From positions 7,358 through 71,357 of the IMG/VR virus record IMGVR_UViG_3300016643_000249: 64,000 nucleotides of DNA. One strand, 5' to 3'. Below, piece by piece: positions 7,184 through 16,898 of this stretch. A program made the position numbers and the translations under genes. The stretch's first letter is position 1; every line of letters begins with the position of its first letter. This DNA comes from a virus. Its lineage: Duplodnaviria; Caudoviricetes. The notes under the pieces are model-generated. The model was not told the origin of the DNA. It saw nothing but the letters and a program-made list of their open reading frames with translations, and did no database searches.

Positions 7184-7244
7184 TGTACCTATTGATATTT
7201 GTCAGCTTGTGATTTACAGTATGCGAATTACAAGAAAGGCAAGT

Positions 7245-7814
7245 ATGAAAAAAGTATTGGTCTCAATCGCTATGATTGTGGCTGCAGGTTCTGTTTATGC
7301 TCAAACTGTAATAGACACTACAACCAAAAGTTATTCTGATTCAAAAACAAAAGTAGAGAGTCCGCCACCAACGGCCGTGGCTCCTGCTATCACAACCATC
7401 AATAACGATGTTTGCGCCATTGCAGCTTCCGGCGCAGTTCAAACACAGATTCTTGGTATCTCTATGGGCGGTACAATGCGAGATATGAATTGCGAAAGAA
7501 TCAAACTAGCAAAAAATTTATATGACATGGGTATGAAAGTTGCCGCTGTAGCAACTCTATGCCAAGACGAGCGCATTTTTACAGCTATGAATGCCGCTGG
7601 CACTCCTTGTCCTGTTGAAGGTAAAATTGGTGCTGAAGCAAAAGATGAGTGGGAAAAAAGAGGAGTTGCAACCAAAGGTGGCGACATTGGGTTTTATGGA
7701 ATTTCTGCACCAAAGAAACAACCAGAAAAACTTGATGCTAAAAAGGGAGAATTTCTCTGTAAAGATTATGCAGGAGATGACCCAACAATCAAAGAGAGAT
7801 TAGGTTGCAAGTGA
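7245..7814 (+). CDS. secreted protein
   Basis: Signal peptide MKKVLVSIAMIVAAGSVYA; several Cys. Confidence 0.75.
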   Translation: MKKVLVSIAMIVAAGSVYAQTVIDTTTKSYSDSKTKVESPPPTAVAPAITTINNDVCAIAASGAVQTQILGISMGGTMRDMNCERIKLAKNLYDMGMKVAAVATLCQDERIFTAMNAAGTPCPVEGKIGAEAKDEWEKRGVATKGGDIGFYGISAPKKQPEKLDAKKGEFLCKDYAGDDPTIKERLGCK

Positions 7815-9352
7815 AAACCTTTCTGATATCTTTATTGTTTGTTTGTGGTTCTGTTTTTGCACAACAGACCACTACACCTAATTTAATTGGCAACGGCGTT
7901 GGTTATGGTAGCGGCGAATGGCAAAATATTGGCGCATACACACAATTAAATGGACAATTACCTACTGCTGTTTTTGGATGTTGCACAAGTTTTGGTTCTG
8001 GTGTTCTGCTTGACACCTCTACTAGCAGTCCTAATGGTCAATCAGGTCAATTACATTGGAGTTATGGTCTTTCAACTGTTCAACAAGTGATTGCAATTAA
8101 TCAAGCGTTGTCAGGAACAGGAATTCGTATTAATGGTTATAATTGGGGTTATGAAGTAAGAAATGCAAACGGCGGCGGAGGACAAGGTGGTGTTGATTCA
8201 CTTACCGCTTCTACATTCCTAAAAGATAATACTGGTTCAACCGTTCTTTCAGATACAAGAACATACAATACGACTTCAGAATGGAATTGGTACGGAGGTA
8301 CAGTAACATCAGCAACACCAATTACAAACGCAGACCAAGGCCAACTTGGCATTTCGTTCACATCTATAGATTCTGGTTATTGGGCAGGTTACTATGGCCC
8401 ACAGGTTCGTAATGTGAGTATGGGTTTGAATTATACGGTTGACGCTTGTGCTTCTAATCCATTGTCAGACCCATCTTGTCCTGGATATGCAGCTGCTTAT
8501 CAGACACAACAATGCTCAATTAACCCATTGTATTCGCCGTCTTGTCCTAATTACACAACGGCTCAATGTTCAATTAACCCATTGTATTCTACCTCTTGTC
8601 CTGGTTATTCAGCAGCTTATTTGACACAACAATGTAACTTAGATGGACTTTATAGCACTTCTTGTCCAAATTATGCTGAAGCCTATGCGAAGAAAAACAT
8701 TTTAAGTATAGATACAACTGGTACAAGTTCACCGACACAAACAACAAACACAACTTCAAAAACAGAAGCAACCACAAAAGTATCATCAGATGGTAAAATA
8801 GAAACTTCAGTATCAAAAACTGGTGATAGTAATGTGGATAGTGTAATTGAAGCGAAAGCAACATCTGCTTCTCCTGGTGATGCAACTGCAACTGTTCAAT
8901 TGACACCACCATCTGGAGGTTCAAATGTTAGTCCTCAAACAAACACCAAAACTGAAACAAAAACAGAAACAAAGGCCGCATCATCCAGTAATCAACAACA
9001 AACCACCAAAACTGCAAGAACAGAACGAAACGAACAAAAATCTGGAACTAATGAAGGTAAATCTAATAATGAAATGAAACAGGCTGCACAACAAAAAGCC
9101 AAAGAAGAAATGAAAAGAGCAGAAGTAGCAACATCATTTGAAGGCCAGGTGGCAATTCAACAAAATGTGATTGGTGCTATGAGTTTTGTTCCAGGTTTTG
9201 CTTCTTATGCTAAAGCAGATGTGCCAGATGTTTTGCAAAGGCAGTTACAAAGGCAATATGGAAAAGATGTTGTAGATAATCGTGCTAATCGTAGAATGTT
9301 TAGTGGTTCAGATAAACTACACGAAGAAATGGTTAGCCAACAATACAGATGA
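7811..9352 (+). CDS. large secreted protein with four Cys repeats and Thr/Ser-rich linker
   Basis: Signal peptide; C-x2-(N/D)-(P/G)L-x3-SCP-x-Y repeats; GTGA overlap start. Confidence 0.8.
   Translation: MKTFLISLLFVCGSVFAQQTTTPNLIGNGVGYGSGEWQNIGAYTQLNGQLPTAVFGCCTSFGSGVLLDTSTSSPNGQSGQLHWSYGLSTVQQVIAINQALSGTGIRINGYNWGYEVRNANGGGGQGGVDSLTASTFLKDNTGSTVLSDTRTYNTTSEWNWYGGTVTSATPITNADQGQLGISFTSIDSGYWAGYYGPQVRNVSMGLNYTVDACASNPLSDPSCPGYAAAYQTQQCSINPLYSPSCPNYTTAQCSINPLYSTSCPGYSAAYLTQQCNLDGLYSTSCPNYAEAYAKKNILSIDTTGTSSPTQTTNTTSKTEATTKVSSDGKIETSVSKTGDSNVDSVIEAKATSASPGDATATVQLTPPSGGSNVSPQTNTKTETKTETKAASSSNQQQTTKTARTERNEQKSGTNEGKSNNEMKQAAQQKAKEEMKRAEVATSFEGQVAIQQNVIGAMSFVPGFASYAKADVPDVLQRQLQRQYGKDVVDNRANRRMFSGSDKLHEEMVSQQYR
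8447..8674 (+). repeat. intragenic tandem repeat (4 units) coding CSINPLYS.SCP.Y-like motifs
   Basis: caatg(c/t)tcaattaacccattgtattc...tcttgtcct repeated. Confidence 0.85.
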
Positions 9353-9555
9353 CAAGCACACTATTTGAATCGTTCATGGTATTTTATGCACTAGAAGTTT
9401 TAGTTCTAGGAGTTTTAGCATTTAATATTCTTAGAGAAATGAAACAAGAAAAACTAGATGAACAGGAAAACGAAAGTCAGAGAGCAACAGGTCCATCTGC
9501 CTCTGATATGATAAAGATGAGAGCATTGGCAAAACAAATGGACAGACAAAAGTAA
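9349..9555 (+). CDS. small single-pass membrane protein
   Basis: N-terminal TM, charged tail; ATGA overlap. Confidence 0.65.
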   Translation: MTSTLFESFMVFYALEVLVLGVLAFNILREMKQEKLDEQENESQRATGPSASDMIKMRALAKQMDRQK

Positions 9556-9564
9556 GGAATTAAA

Positions 9565-10041
9565 ATGCCAGAAGAAATCAAAGATGTAAATAAAAAAGTT
9601 GATGAAATGGAAGCAGCTGTCAAAAAATATGCCAGCAAAGATACCGTCATCAGCATTGGTGGTTATGAATTTACGCCAGCAAAATTAATGGTGGCTGCGA
9701 CAATCGTATCTTCAACACTAGGTGGCCTTTATGGTGCTTTTGAAGTTTATAAAGATTACCAAGGTATGAAAAAGAAAATTGCGGAGTATGTTGCACCTGA
9801 TTTAGGAGAGTTTGATAAAAGATTAGCTGTCATTGAAGAAAACTCCACTAAAACTACTGACTATACCCGTGATATCAAAAATGACCTCAAAAACGATATT
9901 CGCCGTTTAGAGAAAGTGGTTGAACAGGTTGAGCGTGATGGTAAACAACTAGCTCGTGAAACCGACCAAGATATTCGTAATTTGCGTAAAGAAGTTGACA
10001 ATAAAATCCAAAAGGCTATGGATAACCCATTAGCAAAATAA
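9565..10041 (+). CDS. membrane-anchored coiled-coil protein
   Basis: TM about aa 41-60, heptad-rich C-terminus; AAGGA RBS. Confidence 0.75.
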   Translation: MPEEIKDVNKKVDEMEAAVKKYASKDTVISIGGYEFTPAKLMVAATIVSSTLGGLYGAFEVYKDYQGMKKKIAEYVAPDLGEFDKRLAVIEENSTKTTDYTRDIKNDLKNDIRRLEKVVEQVERDGKQLARETDQDIRNLRKEVDNKIQKAMDNPLAK

Positions 10042-10053
10042 TAAGGGGCAGTT

Positions 10054-10293
10054 ATGAAAAAAATATGGTTTGTATGGTTGATGCCTTTAATCGTTCTAAC
10101 AGGTTGTAGTGAGAGATACCGTTACCCATGTCAAGACCCTGAAAATTGGAATGAAAAACAATGTCAGAAACCATTTTGTAGTGCCAACGGAACTTGTCCA
10201 GAGGATTTAACACACTACGAAAAAAAATCTGCAAGTGGTTCTCAGCAACCTGTAGCAATGAACAACAATAATAATAAGGGAGTATGTAAATGA
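10054..10293 (+). CDS. small Cys-rich lipoprotein
   Basis: Lipobox LTGC; four further Cys in the mature part plus a C-terminal Cys. Confidence 0.75.
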   Translation: MKKIWFVWLMPLIVLTGCSERYRYPCQDPENWNEKQCQKPFCSANGTCPEDLTHYEKKSASGSQQPVAMNNNNNKGVCK

Positions 10294-10751
10294 TAAGAGA
10301 GATGTTTAGTCCAGAAAAATATACTACAGAAGAATTAAATGCTCGCTTAAAATTCTTCATTGGTATCGTTTTAGGTTTGACACTATTTGGTATCGTATTT
10401 GTGGTTTTGTATTCATTGATTTTTGTTACACAACCAATGAATGGTATGAGCCCTGTAGACAATAAGTTTTTTGAGTTAATTATTCCAATTGCAACCTTTC
10501 TAACTGGTACTTTGTCTGGTATCATGTTGGCTGGTGACGATAAGGATTTAAGAGCAAAAGCAATTGATGCGGCATCCAAATCAGCACCGCCGCCATCATC
10601 AACACCTCCGGCTCCAATGGCACCAAGACCATTTACACCTTCTGCACCATCTTTTTCTGAACCAACTCCTTTTGCCGCAGCTGCACCGGCACCAGTAGCA
10701 GGATTCGGCGGAAAGTTGGCGCCACCAGCTGCATTTCAACCGGAGATATGA
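10290..10751 (+). CDS. two-TM membrane protein with Pro/Ala-rich tail
   Basis: Two hydrophobic helices, PPPSSTPPAP tail. Confidence 0.75.
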   Translation: MIREMFSPEKYTTEELNARLKFFIGIVLGLTLFGIVFVVLYSLIFVTQPMNGMSPVDNKFFELIIPIATFLTGTLSGIMLAGDDKDLRAKAIDAASKSAPPPSSTPPAPMAPRPFTPSAPSFSEPTPFAAAAPAPVAGFGGKLAPPAAFQPEI

Positions 10752-10831
10752 TGCCTTGGATGATTGATATGTGGGTAGCATTGTTTTTGGATATGTGGTT
10801 TATGCCATATAGAATAATTGCCCAAAAATAA
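10748..10831 (+). CDS. 27-aa Met/Trp-rich hydrophobic peptide
   Basis: MMPWMIDMWVALFLDMWFMPYRIIAQK, GGAG RBS, ATGA overlap. Confidence 0.45.
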   Translation: MMPWMIDMWVALFLDMWFMPYRIIAQK

Positions 10832-10841
10832 ATGATTATTG

Positions 10842-10900
10842 CCTGCCTGTTGTTTCGGTACAACAGGCAGGTTGACATAGATACTACATTATGTTAGGAT
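10842..10900 (+). promoter_or_regulatory. inverted repeat plus sigma70 promoter
   Basis: CCTGCCTGTTG-N8-CAACAGGCAGG (10842-71), TTGACA 10872-77, 17 nt, TAGGAT 10895-900. Confidence 0.75.
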
Positions 10901-10927
10901 GTGGAATCTAGTGAAAAATGGAGTTTT

Positions 10928-12007
10928 ATGATGGCAAGAATTACTGATGCGAATTTGGCTTTTGTCGGCAACGAACCGAAATTTTCGGTTGAATTGTCCT
11001 CAATTGACATGATTAAAACATTGTCATGGTATTCTCAAAACAAAGATACGAAGGATGCCGTTAAATGGGCTACTGAGTATTTCAAAAAGAAACAGAAGCT
11101 TGATGTAACTTCTGTAATCAAAAGATATCCTTCAACATTTGGTTTTATTTGTCGTATCATTTTGAACGGCGGTCAATTGTGTATTAAAGACCAAGTTTGG
11201 TTTGATGATATGATTAAAGATATTAAATCAAAACTAAAAGAACCTGTGGTCGTTGAAGAAAAACCTAAAGCGGTTGTTATCAACATTCAGGACCGTATTC
11301 GTGCAAAGGCGGATGATTGTATTGCTGAACTAGAAGGCCAAGTAGATGATTTGGTGACTTCAGGCTTTTCTGCGAACTCTCAACCTTATGCGGTCTTTCA
11401 TACACTAGAAATTAAAGACGCACAAACGAAATATATTGTTGAGTGGGCAAAATCAAAGCGTATTGAGTTTGATGAAGTGATGAATACAGATGATAAAGAA
11501 TTGAAAGAAGCATATTCAAACTTTACCAAACCACAATTGAAGAAGATGGTTGCGTATTTTGACCAAGTGATTTTAGATTGTCAACGAATTTCTGGTCAAT
11601 CTACCAAATCACGCAAACCACGCAAACGCAAGGCAAAATCGCCCGAACAATTAGTGGCAAAAATGAATTATTTGCCAGAATTTAAAGAATTAAACTTGAC
11701 ATCCGTAAAAACTATTGATATAATTGGTTGTATGGCTTTATGGGTTTATAACACCAAGACCCGTAAACTCGGCGTGTATCATGCTGAAGATGCCGGCGGC
11801 CTTTCGGTAAAAGGTTCTTCAATTTTAAATTTTGTTGAGAGTAAATCAATTCAAAAGAAATTGCGTAAACCTGAAACTATGTTGCCAGAAGTGTTAAATG
11901 GTGGTAAAGTGTTTTTGCGTAATGTTATGGATAGTATTCGTGCTGTTGACAGTAAGTTGACAGGTCGTATTAACAAAGACACAATCTTATTGAAAGTTGT
12001 AAAATGA
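10928..12007 (+). CDS. conserved hypothetical T4-like phage protein
   Basis: Long ORF with GGAG RBS; no motif recognised. Confidence 0.8.
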   Translation: MMARITDANLAFVGNEPKFSVELSSIDMIKTLSWYSQNKDTKDAVKWATEYFKKKQKLDVTSVIKRYPSTFGFICRIILNGGQLCIKDQVWFDDMIKDIKSKLKEPVVVEEKPKAVVINIQDRIRAKADDCIAELEGQVDDLVTSGFSANSQPYAVFHTLEIKDAQTKYIVEWAKSKRIEFDEVMNTDDKELKEAYSNFTKPQLKKMVAYFDQVILDCQRISGQSTKSRKPRKRKAKSPEQLVAKMNYLPEFKELNLTSVKTIDIIGCMALWVYNTKTRKLGVYHAEDAGGLSVKGSSILNFVESKSIQKKLRKPETMLPEVLNGGKVFLRNVMDSIRAVDSKLTGRINKDTILLKVVK

Positions 12008-12855
12008 AAATTGCAGTTTGTAGTGACCTTCATCTAGAATTTGGTGGTATCACTTTGGAAAACAAAGATAACGCCGATGTTTTGATTCTTGGCGGAGATA
12101 TTTGTGTTGCGAAAGATTTAAATGAGCACGATGACCCGATGCCCACGGCTAAATCACAAGCATTACATGAGTTCTTTTATAATTGTTGCAATGTTTTCCC
12201 TCATGTGATTTACATTGTGGGTAACCATGAACACTATCATGGTGATTTTAAATACACAATTTCTCGTTTGAAAAAGTATTTAAAGTATCTACCAAATCTT
12301 CAAATTCTTGACAAAGAAGTTTGGACTCTCCACGATGAGGTAACATTTATTGGTGGTACACTTTGGACAGATATGAACAAAGAAGATTCACTCACCCTTT
12401 ATTCAATAAAGGGAATGATGAATGATTTTCGTTGCGTTAAAAACAGCAATCGTGAAGTTCATTTCAAAGATAGTGATGGTAATTTCCATACAAGAGTTTC
12501 TAATTTCTGTCCAGAAGATGCAGTTGAGGACCATAAGAAAATGGTAGATTACATTAAAAATGTTCTTTCAAATCTTTCTAAAGACCGCAAAGTTGTTGTG
12601 GTTGGTCATCATGCGCCTAGTAAAGCATCAACACACCCTCGCTACAAAGGCGAAATAATGATGAATGGTGGTTATTCGTCAGACCTTTCCGATTTGATGC
12701 TTGACAATCCACAAATTAAATTGTGGACACATGGCCATACACATGAAGATTTTGATTACATGATTGGTTCTACTCGTATTGTTTGTAATCCCCGAGGCTA
12801 CATCAATTACGAAGGCAGAGCTGATAACTGGACTTTAAAAATTATTGAGGTTTAA
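12004..12855 (+). CDS. calcineurin-like metallophosphoesterase
   Basis: SDLH, GGD, GNHE, GHH, HGHTH motifs. Confidence 0.9.
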   Translation: MKIAVCSDLHLEFGGITLENKDNADVLILGGDICVAKDLNEHDDPMPTAKSQALHEFFYNCCNVFPHVIYIVGNHEHYHGDFKYTISRLKKYLKYLPNLQILDKEVWTLHDEVTFIGGTLWTDMNKEDSLTLYSIKGMMNDFRCVKNSNREVHFKDSDGNFHTRVSNFCPEDAVEDHKKMVDYIKNVLSNLSKDRKVVVVGHHAPSKASTHPRYKGEIMMNGGYSSDLSDLMLDNPQIKLWTHGHTHEDFDYMIGSTRIVCNPRGYINYEGRADNWTLKIIEV

Positions 12856-12857
12856 TT

Positions 12858-13382
12858 ATGCGTGAAGAACTTGATAAAAAACTTGTAGAGAAATATCCTC
12901 TACTCTATCGCAATCGTTTTGGTAGTCCAATGGAGACCTTAATGTGTTGGGGTTTTGAACACGGTGATGGTTGGTACAATATCATCAATGCCTTATCATA
13001 CCTTCTTTGTTCAGAATACAAACAAAAGAAAGAAAGTTATGAAAGCATCAAAGAATATTTTGAAAAAGATGGTAAATGGCCATGGTCAGATGGTAAAGAA
13101 ATCACCGCAGAAGAAGTTGAACAAAAACGACTAGCAATGATTGAGGCGGAGAAAACTGTTCCTACTGTTGTGCAAGTAAAAGAAAAAATGGGCACTCTCC
13201 GTTTTTACATTAATGCTGGCACCGATGAACACTATAATTACATTCGTTTCGCAGAAGCAATGAGTTCGGTCACTTGTGAAGAATGTGGTGCGCCAGGTAA
13301 AATCCGAGGTCGTGGTTGGTATTATACTGCTTGTGATGAACATACAAGAGAGGAAGATTTAAATGACGATATATCTGAATGA
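12858..13382 (+). CDS. conserved hypothetical phage protein
   Basis: GDGW, QVKEKMGTLRFY, CEECG..G motifs. Confidence 0.75.
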   Translation: MREELDKKLVEKYPLLYRNRFGSPMETLMCWGFEHGDGWYNIINALSYLLCSEYKQKKESYESIKEYFEKDGKWPWSDGKEITAEEVEQKRLAMIEAEKTVPTVVQVKEKMGTLRFYINAGTDEHYNYIRFAEAMSSVTCEECGAPGKIRGRGWYYTACDEHTREEDLNDDISE

Positions 13383-13797
13383 TGACCGAGATTATACCGA
13401 AATCGTAGAAGGGTGGGTGCGTGAATTCGTTTGCACTATGGATGAAGGTCACCTAGAACCTGGTGATGATTCTGGTGATGCGCCATTTGGTGTTAAAATT
13501 ATTTTTGATGGTTATGGTTACGATGAAGAAACAAATGAGGAAAATGCCGATGAAAATATGATAGGCCTTGCGGTGTTTGTTCATAAAAATTCATTGACTG
13601 AAGAATTTCCTCCACATGAACTTACTCCTTGGGCTCTGATTCATCGGCCCAAAGAAGAAGTGTGTATTTGGGCATGGTATGATGTTGAAAATGACCAAGT
13701 TGATATTATCCCGTTTGAAGATAATAGTTCAACTGAATTAGACCATGATTTTGTTACTAATCTAATTTTTGAAATAGAGAAGCGTGATAATGACTGA
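13363..13797 (+). CDS. acidic hypothetical protein
   Basis: ORF with GAGGA RBS. Confidence 0.7.
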   Translation: MTIYLNDDRDYTEIVEGWVREFVCTMDEGHLEPGDDSGDAPFGVKIIFDGYGYDEETNEENADENMIGLAVFVHKNSLTEEFPPHELTPWALIHRPKEEVCIWAWYDVENDQVDIIPFEDNSSTELDHDFVTNLIFEIEKRDND

Positions 13798-13942
13798 AAA
13801 AGAAGAACAAACACTTTACCGAATTTTGTTTGAAGATTCGGATGAAGAATGTCCATCGGCAATATTTGAAATTTACGACACTTTGGCAGAAATACTAGAA
13901 AATCGTAAACTATTGCCACAAACGGTGCGTGTTTTGCACTAA
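13790..13942 (+). CDS. 50-aa hypothetical protein
   Basis: MTEKEEQTLYRILFEDSDEECPSAIFEIYDTLAEILENRKLLPQTVRVLH fills gap before rnh. Confidence 0.5.
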   Translation: MTEKEEQTLYRILFEDSDEECPSAIFEIYDTLAEILENRKLLPQTVRVLH

Positions 13943-13954
13943 AATAGTGGAACT

Positions 13955-14803
13955 ATGATTATATTTGATTACCAACAGGTAGCAATCTCTAACATGATGG
14001 AACAAATCGGTAGTTCTAAAACTGCCGTAGATGAAAGCCTTGTTCGTCATATGATTTTGAATACCATTCGTACCTATGTGAAGAAGTTCAAAGAATCACA
14101 TGGGCCTGAAGTCATTATTGCTTGCGACAATAAAAACTATTGGCGCCGTGATATATTTCCACATTACAAAGCTGGCCGCAAGAAAGCTCGTGAGGCATCT
14201 GGTCACGATTGGAACACAATCTTTGAATGTCTGAACAAAATCCGAGATGAACTCAAAGACCACTCGCCTTACAAAGTGATTTCAGTTGATACTTGTGAAG
14301 CAGATGACATTATTGCTACATTGGTGCAGAAATACTCGGCAACACAAAAGGTTATGATTCTTTCTAGTGATAAAGATTTTGCTCAATTGCAGAAGTTTCC
14401 TAATGTTGAGCAATTTTCGCCAATTCTAAAGAAATATATCAAAGAACCATTGCCTGCAGCACAATTGAAACAGATGATTATTCGTGGTGACAAAGGCGAT
14501 GGCATTCCTAACATTTTGTCTATGGATGATGTGTTTGTTGTCGGTGGTCGCCAAAAGCCAATTACAGAAGCCAAGATTATTAATTGGATGAATCAGGATC
14601 CAAAAGAATTCTGTAATGATGAAATGCTTCGCAATTATTCTCGTAATGAAACATTGATTGATTTGACAAAAATACCTCAGCGTCTTGTGGATGATATACT
14701 ACATACCTATGAAGAAGCGGTTGGTCATACGAAACAAGATTTTATGAACTACATGATTGCAAACCGCCTCAAAAATCTAATTGAGGTGCTTGATGATTTC
14801 TGA
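13955..14803 (+). CDS. rnh: T4 RNase H (5'-3' exonuclease/FEN family)
   Basis: YKAGRK, EADDIIA, SSDKDFAQL, GDKGDGIPN motifs. Confidence 0.92.
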   Translation: MIIFDYQQVAISNMMEQIGSSKTAVDESLVRHMILNTIRTYVKKFKESHGPEVIIACDNKNYWRRDIFPHYKAGRKKAREASGHDWNTIFECLNKIRDELKDHSPYKVISVDTCEADDIIATLVQKYSATQKVMILSSDKDFAQLQKFPNVEQFSPILKKYIKEPLPAAQLKQMIIRGDKGDGIPNILSMDDVFVVGGRQKPITEAKIINWMNQDPKEFCNDEMLRNYSRNETLIDLTKIPQRLVDDILHTYEEAVGHTKQDFMNYMIANRLKNLIEVLDDF

Positions 14804-15215
14804 TATACTTTATTCTGAAATATTTGATGAGTTTAATAAAGCAACAAACAAGGCAGAAAGAATTGCCGTGTTGCGTAAGTATGACCATCCAAGGTTTCGT
14901 GAATTTCTAAAATATGCTTTAGATACAAATGTTAAATTTGATGTGGAAATTCCAAAGTACCGACCAGCTGTAGAACCAGCTGGTTTGAATTTTACTTACC
15001 TTAGTTCTGAAGTGACGAAATTTTATCGCTTCATTGCTGGGCACCAATCAAGACCATCTGGTTTAACACCACTCAAACAAAAACAATTATTGGTTGTTAT
15101 TTTAGAATCTTTACACAAAGATGAAGCTGAAATTTTAGTCAAACTTATTAAAGGCGACATTGGTGTAAAATATCTTACACTAAACCTAGTTACAGAAGCA
15201 TTTCCTGGATTTTAA
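14793..15215 (+). CDS. conserved T4-like hypothetical protein downstream of rnh
   Basis: LESLHKDEAEIL motif; synteny. Confidence 0.7.
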   Translation: MISDILYSEIFDEFNKATNKAERIAVLRKYDHPRFREFLKYALDTNVKFDVEIPKYRPAVEPAGLNFTYLSSEVTKFYRFIAGHQSRPSGLTPLKQKQLLVVILESLHKDEAEILVKLIKGDIGVKYLTLNLVTEAFPGF

Positions 15216-15216
15216 T

Positions 15217-15645
15217 ATGAAAGTTGTTGTTTGTTCTGGCGGGTTTGACCCAATCCATTCTGGCCACATTTCCTATTTTCGCTCAGCAAAACGCCTAGGT
15301 GACATACTTGTTGTTGGTGTGAATTCTGATGAATGGTTGACACGAAAAAAAGGCAAACCTTTTATGTCTTTGCAAGAAAGGTTAGAAATTATTCAGTCAA
15401 TCAAATATGTTGATTATACAATGAAATTTATTGATGACGATGATTCAGCACGACACCTCATTCATAATGTTAAATTAATGTGGCCTAGTGCCGAAATAAT
15501 TTTTGCAAATGGCGGTGACCGTAATGAAACAAACAATCGTGAAGCTGATGTTGAAGGCGTAACTTTTATGTTTGGTGTTGGTGGTTCACATAAAATGAAT
15601 TCATCTTCTGAAATTTTAAAACAATGGGCTCATATACCATGTTAA
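15217..15645 (+). CDS. cytidylyltransferase-like (RfaE/TagD family) nucleotidyltransferase
   Basis: GGFDPIHSGH (HIGH-like), VGVNSDEWL..KKG, GGD. Confidence 0.88.
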   Translation: MKVVVCSGGFDPIHSGHISYFRSAKRLGDILVVGVNSDEWLTRKKGKPFMSLQERLEIIQSIKYVDYTMKFIDDDDSARHLIHNVKLMWPSAEIIFANGGDRNETNNREADVEGVTFMFGVGGSHKMNSSSEILKQWAHIPC

Positions 15646-16394
15646 AAGTTGCTGTTGTTACTCCTACAATTGGGTCTGAGCATTTGACACAATGTTTAGA
15701 GTCCGTTGAAAAACAAACTTACAAAAATCTAACACACTATATTTTTATTGATGGTTGTCAATATGAACCAAAAGTAAAAGAGTTGATTAGAAACTATCCA
15801 AAAACAAAGTATGTTGAACTAGAAGAAAATGTTGGAAAAGGTTGGTACGGGCATAGAGTTTATTCTGCTTGTTCTTTTTTGGTTAACGCTGATGTTATTT
15901 GTTACCTTGACGAAGATAATTGGTACGAACCTTGTCATGTTAATAAACTGGTGGAGAAAATTCAAAATGGAAACGATTGGGCGTATTCTTTACGAAAAAT
16001 TTATGACAAGCAAGGAGAATATCTCTGTAATGACAACTGTGAATCGCTGGGCAAATGGCCTGTATATTTTAATAATCAGGTTTTCCACATTGACACCTCT
16101 TCTTTTGCCGTTAAGCGTGATGTTGCTGTTCGCATAGGCCACGCCTGGTATGGCCAATGGGGTGCTGATAGACAATTCTTTTCTAATCTATCAATGCATT
16201 TTCCAAACTTTGATTGCACCCATGCTCATACACTTTGTTACCGATTGGATGGAAATCCAAAATCTGTGACAAAAGATTTCTTTGACCAAGGCAATGAAGT
16301 GATGACCAAGAAATATGGTGATGTTTTTCCTTGGCACAATAACAACAGATTGAAACAAATTGAAATTGGTCCTGGCATTATTTTATCACAATGA
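15639..16394 (+). CDS. glycosyltransferase, GT-A fold (GT2-like)
   Basis: VVTPT, SVEKQTY, YLDEDNW (DxD). Confidence 0.85.
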   Translation: MLKVAVVTPTIGSEHLTQCLESVEKQTYKNLTHYIFIDGCQYEPKVKELIRNYPKTKYVELEENVGKGWYGHRVYSACSFLVNADVICYLDEDNWYEPCHVNKLVEKIQNGNDWAYSLRKIYDKQGEYLCNDNCESLGKWPVYFNNQVFHIDTSSFAVKRDVAVRIGHAWYGQWGADRQFFSNLSMHFPNFDCTHAHTLCYRLDGNPKSVTKDFFDQGNEVMTKKYGDVFPWHNNNRLKQIEIGPGIILSQ

Positions 16395-16897
16395 AAATAG
16401 AAAAAACAAAGCTACCTGGTGTTCTACTCATTACACCTCCAGTTCTTGCTGAAGATTTCCGTGGTACAAACACCGAAGTATATCACCAAGATGAATATGA
16501 AAAAAATGGTATTAAAACTAAATTTATTTTAGATTCTGTTAGCACTTCTCGGCACAAAGTATTGCGTGGCATTCATGGTGACAATCGTACCACAAAATTA
16601 ATTACTTGTTTGTATGGTTGCATTTATTTTGTTGTATTAAACCGTGACCCATCATCATCACATTTCAATGAATGGCAATCGTTTACTTTATCCGATAGGA
16701 ATAGACAACAGGTGCTGGTGCCACCAAATTATGGTAATGGTCATCTTGTAATGAGTGACCATTGTGTGTTTTCGTATAAACTAGATGCTTATTATGACAG
16801 AGCAAGCCAATTCACAATCCGCTGGGACGATTCTGGACACAATATTTGGTGGCCAGTTAAAGACCCTATTCTTTCCGAACGGGACGCACTCCTCTGA
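16391..16897 (+). CDS. rmlC: dTDP-4-dehydrorhamnose 3,5-epimerase family (cupin)
   Basis: D.RG, VLRGIH, VPP.YGNGH, I.WDD...NIWWP. Confidence 0.88.
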   Translation: MKIEKTKLPGVLLITPPVLAEDFRGTNTEVYHQDEYEKNGIKTKFILDSVSTSRHKVLRGIHGDNRTTKLITCLYGCIYFVVLNRDPSSSHFNEWQSFTLSDRNRQQVLVPPNYGNGHLVMSDHCVFSYKLDAYYDRASQFTIRWDDSGHNIWWPVKDPILSERDALL

Positions 16898-16898
16898 T

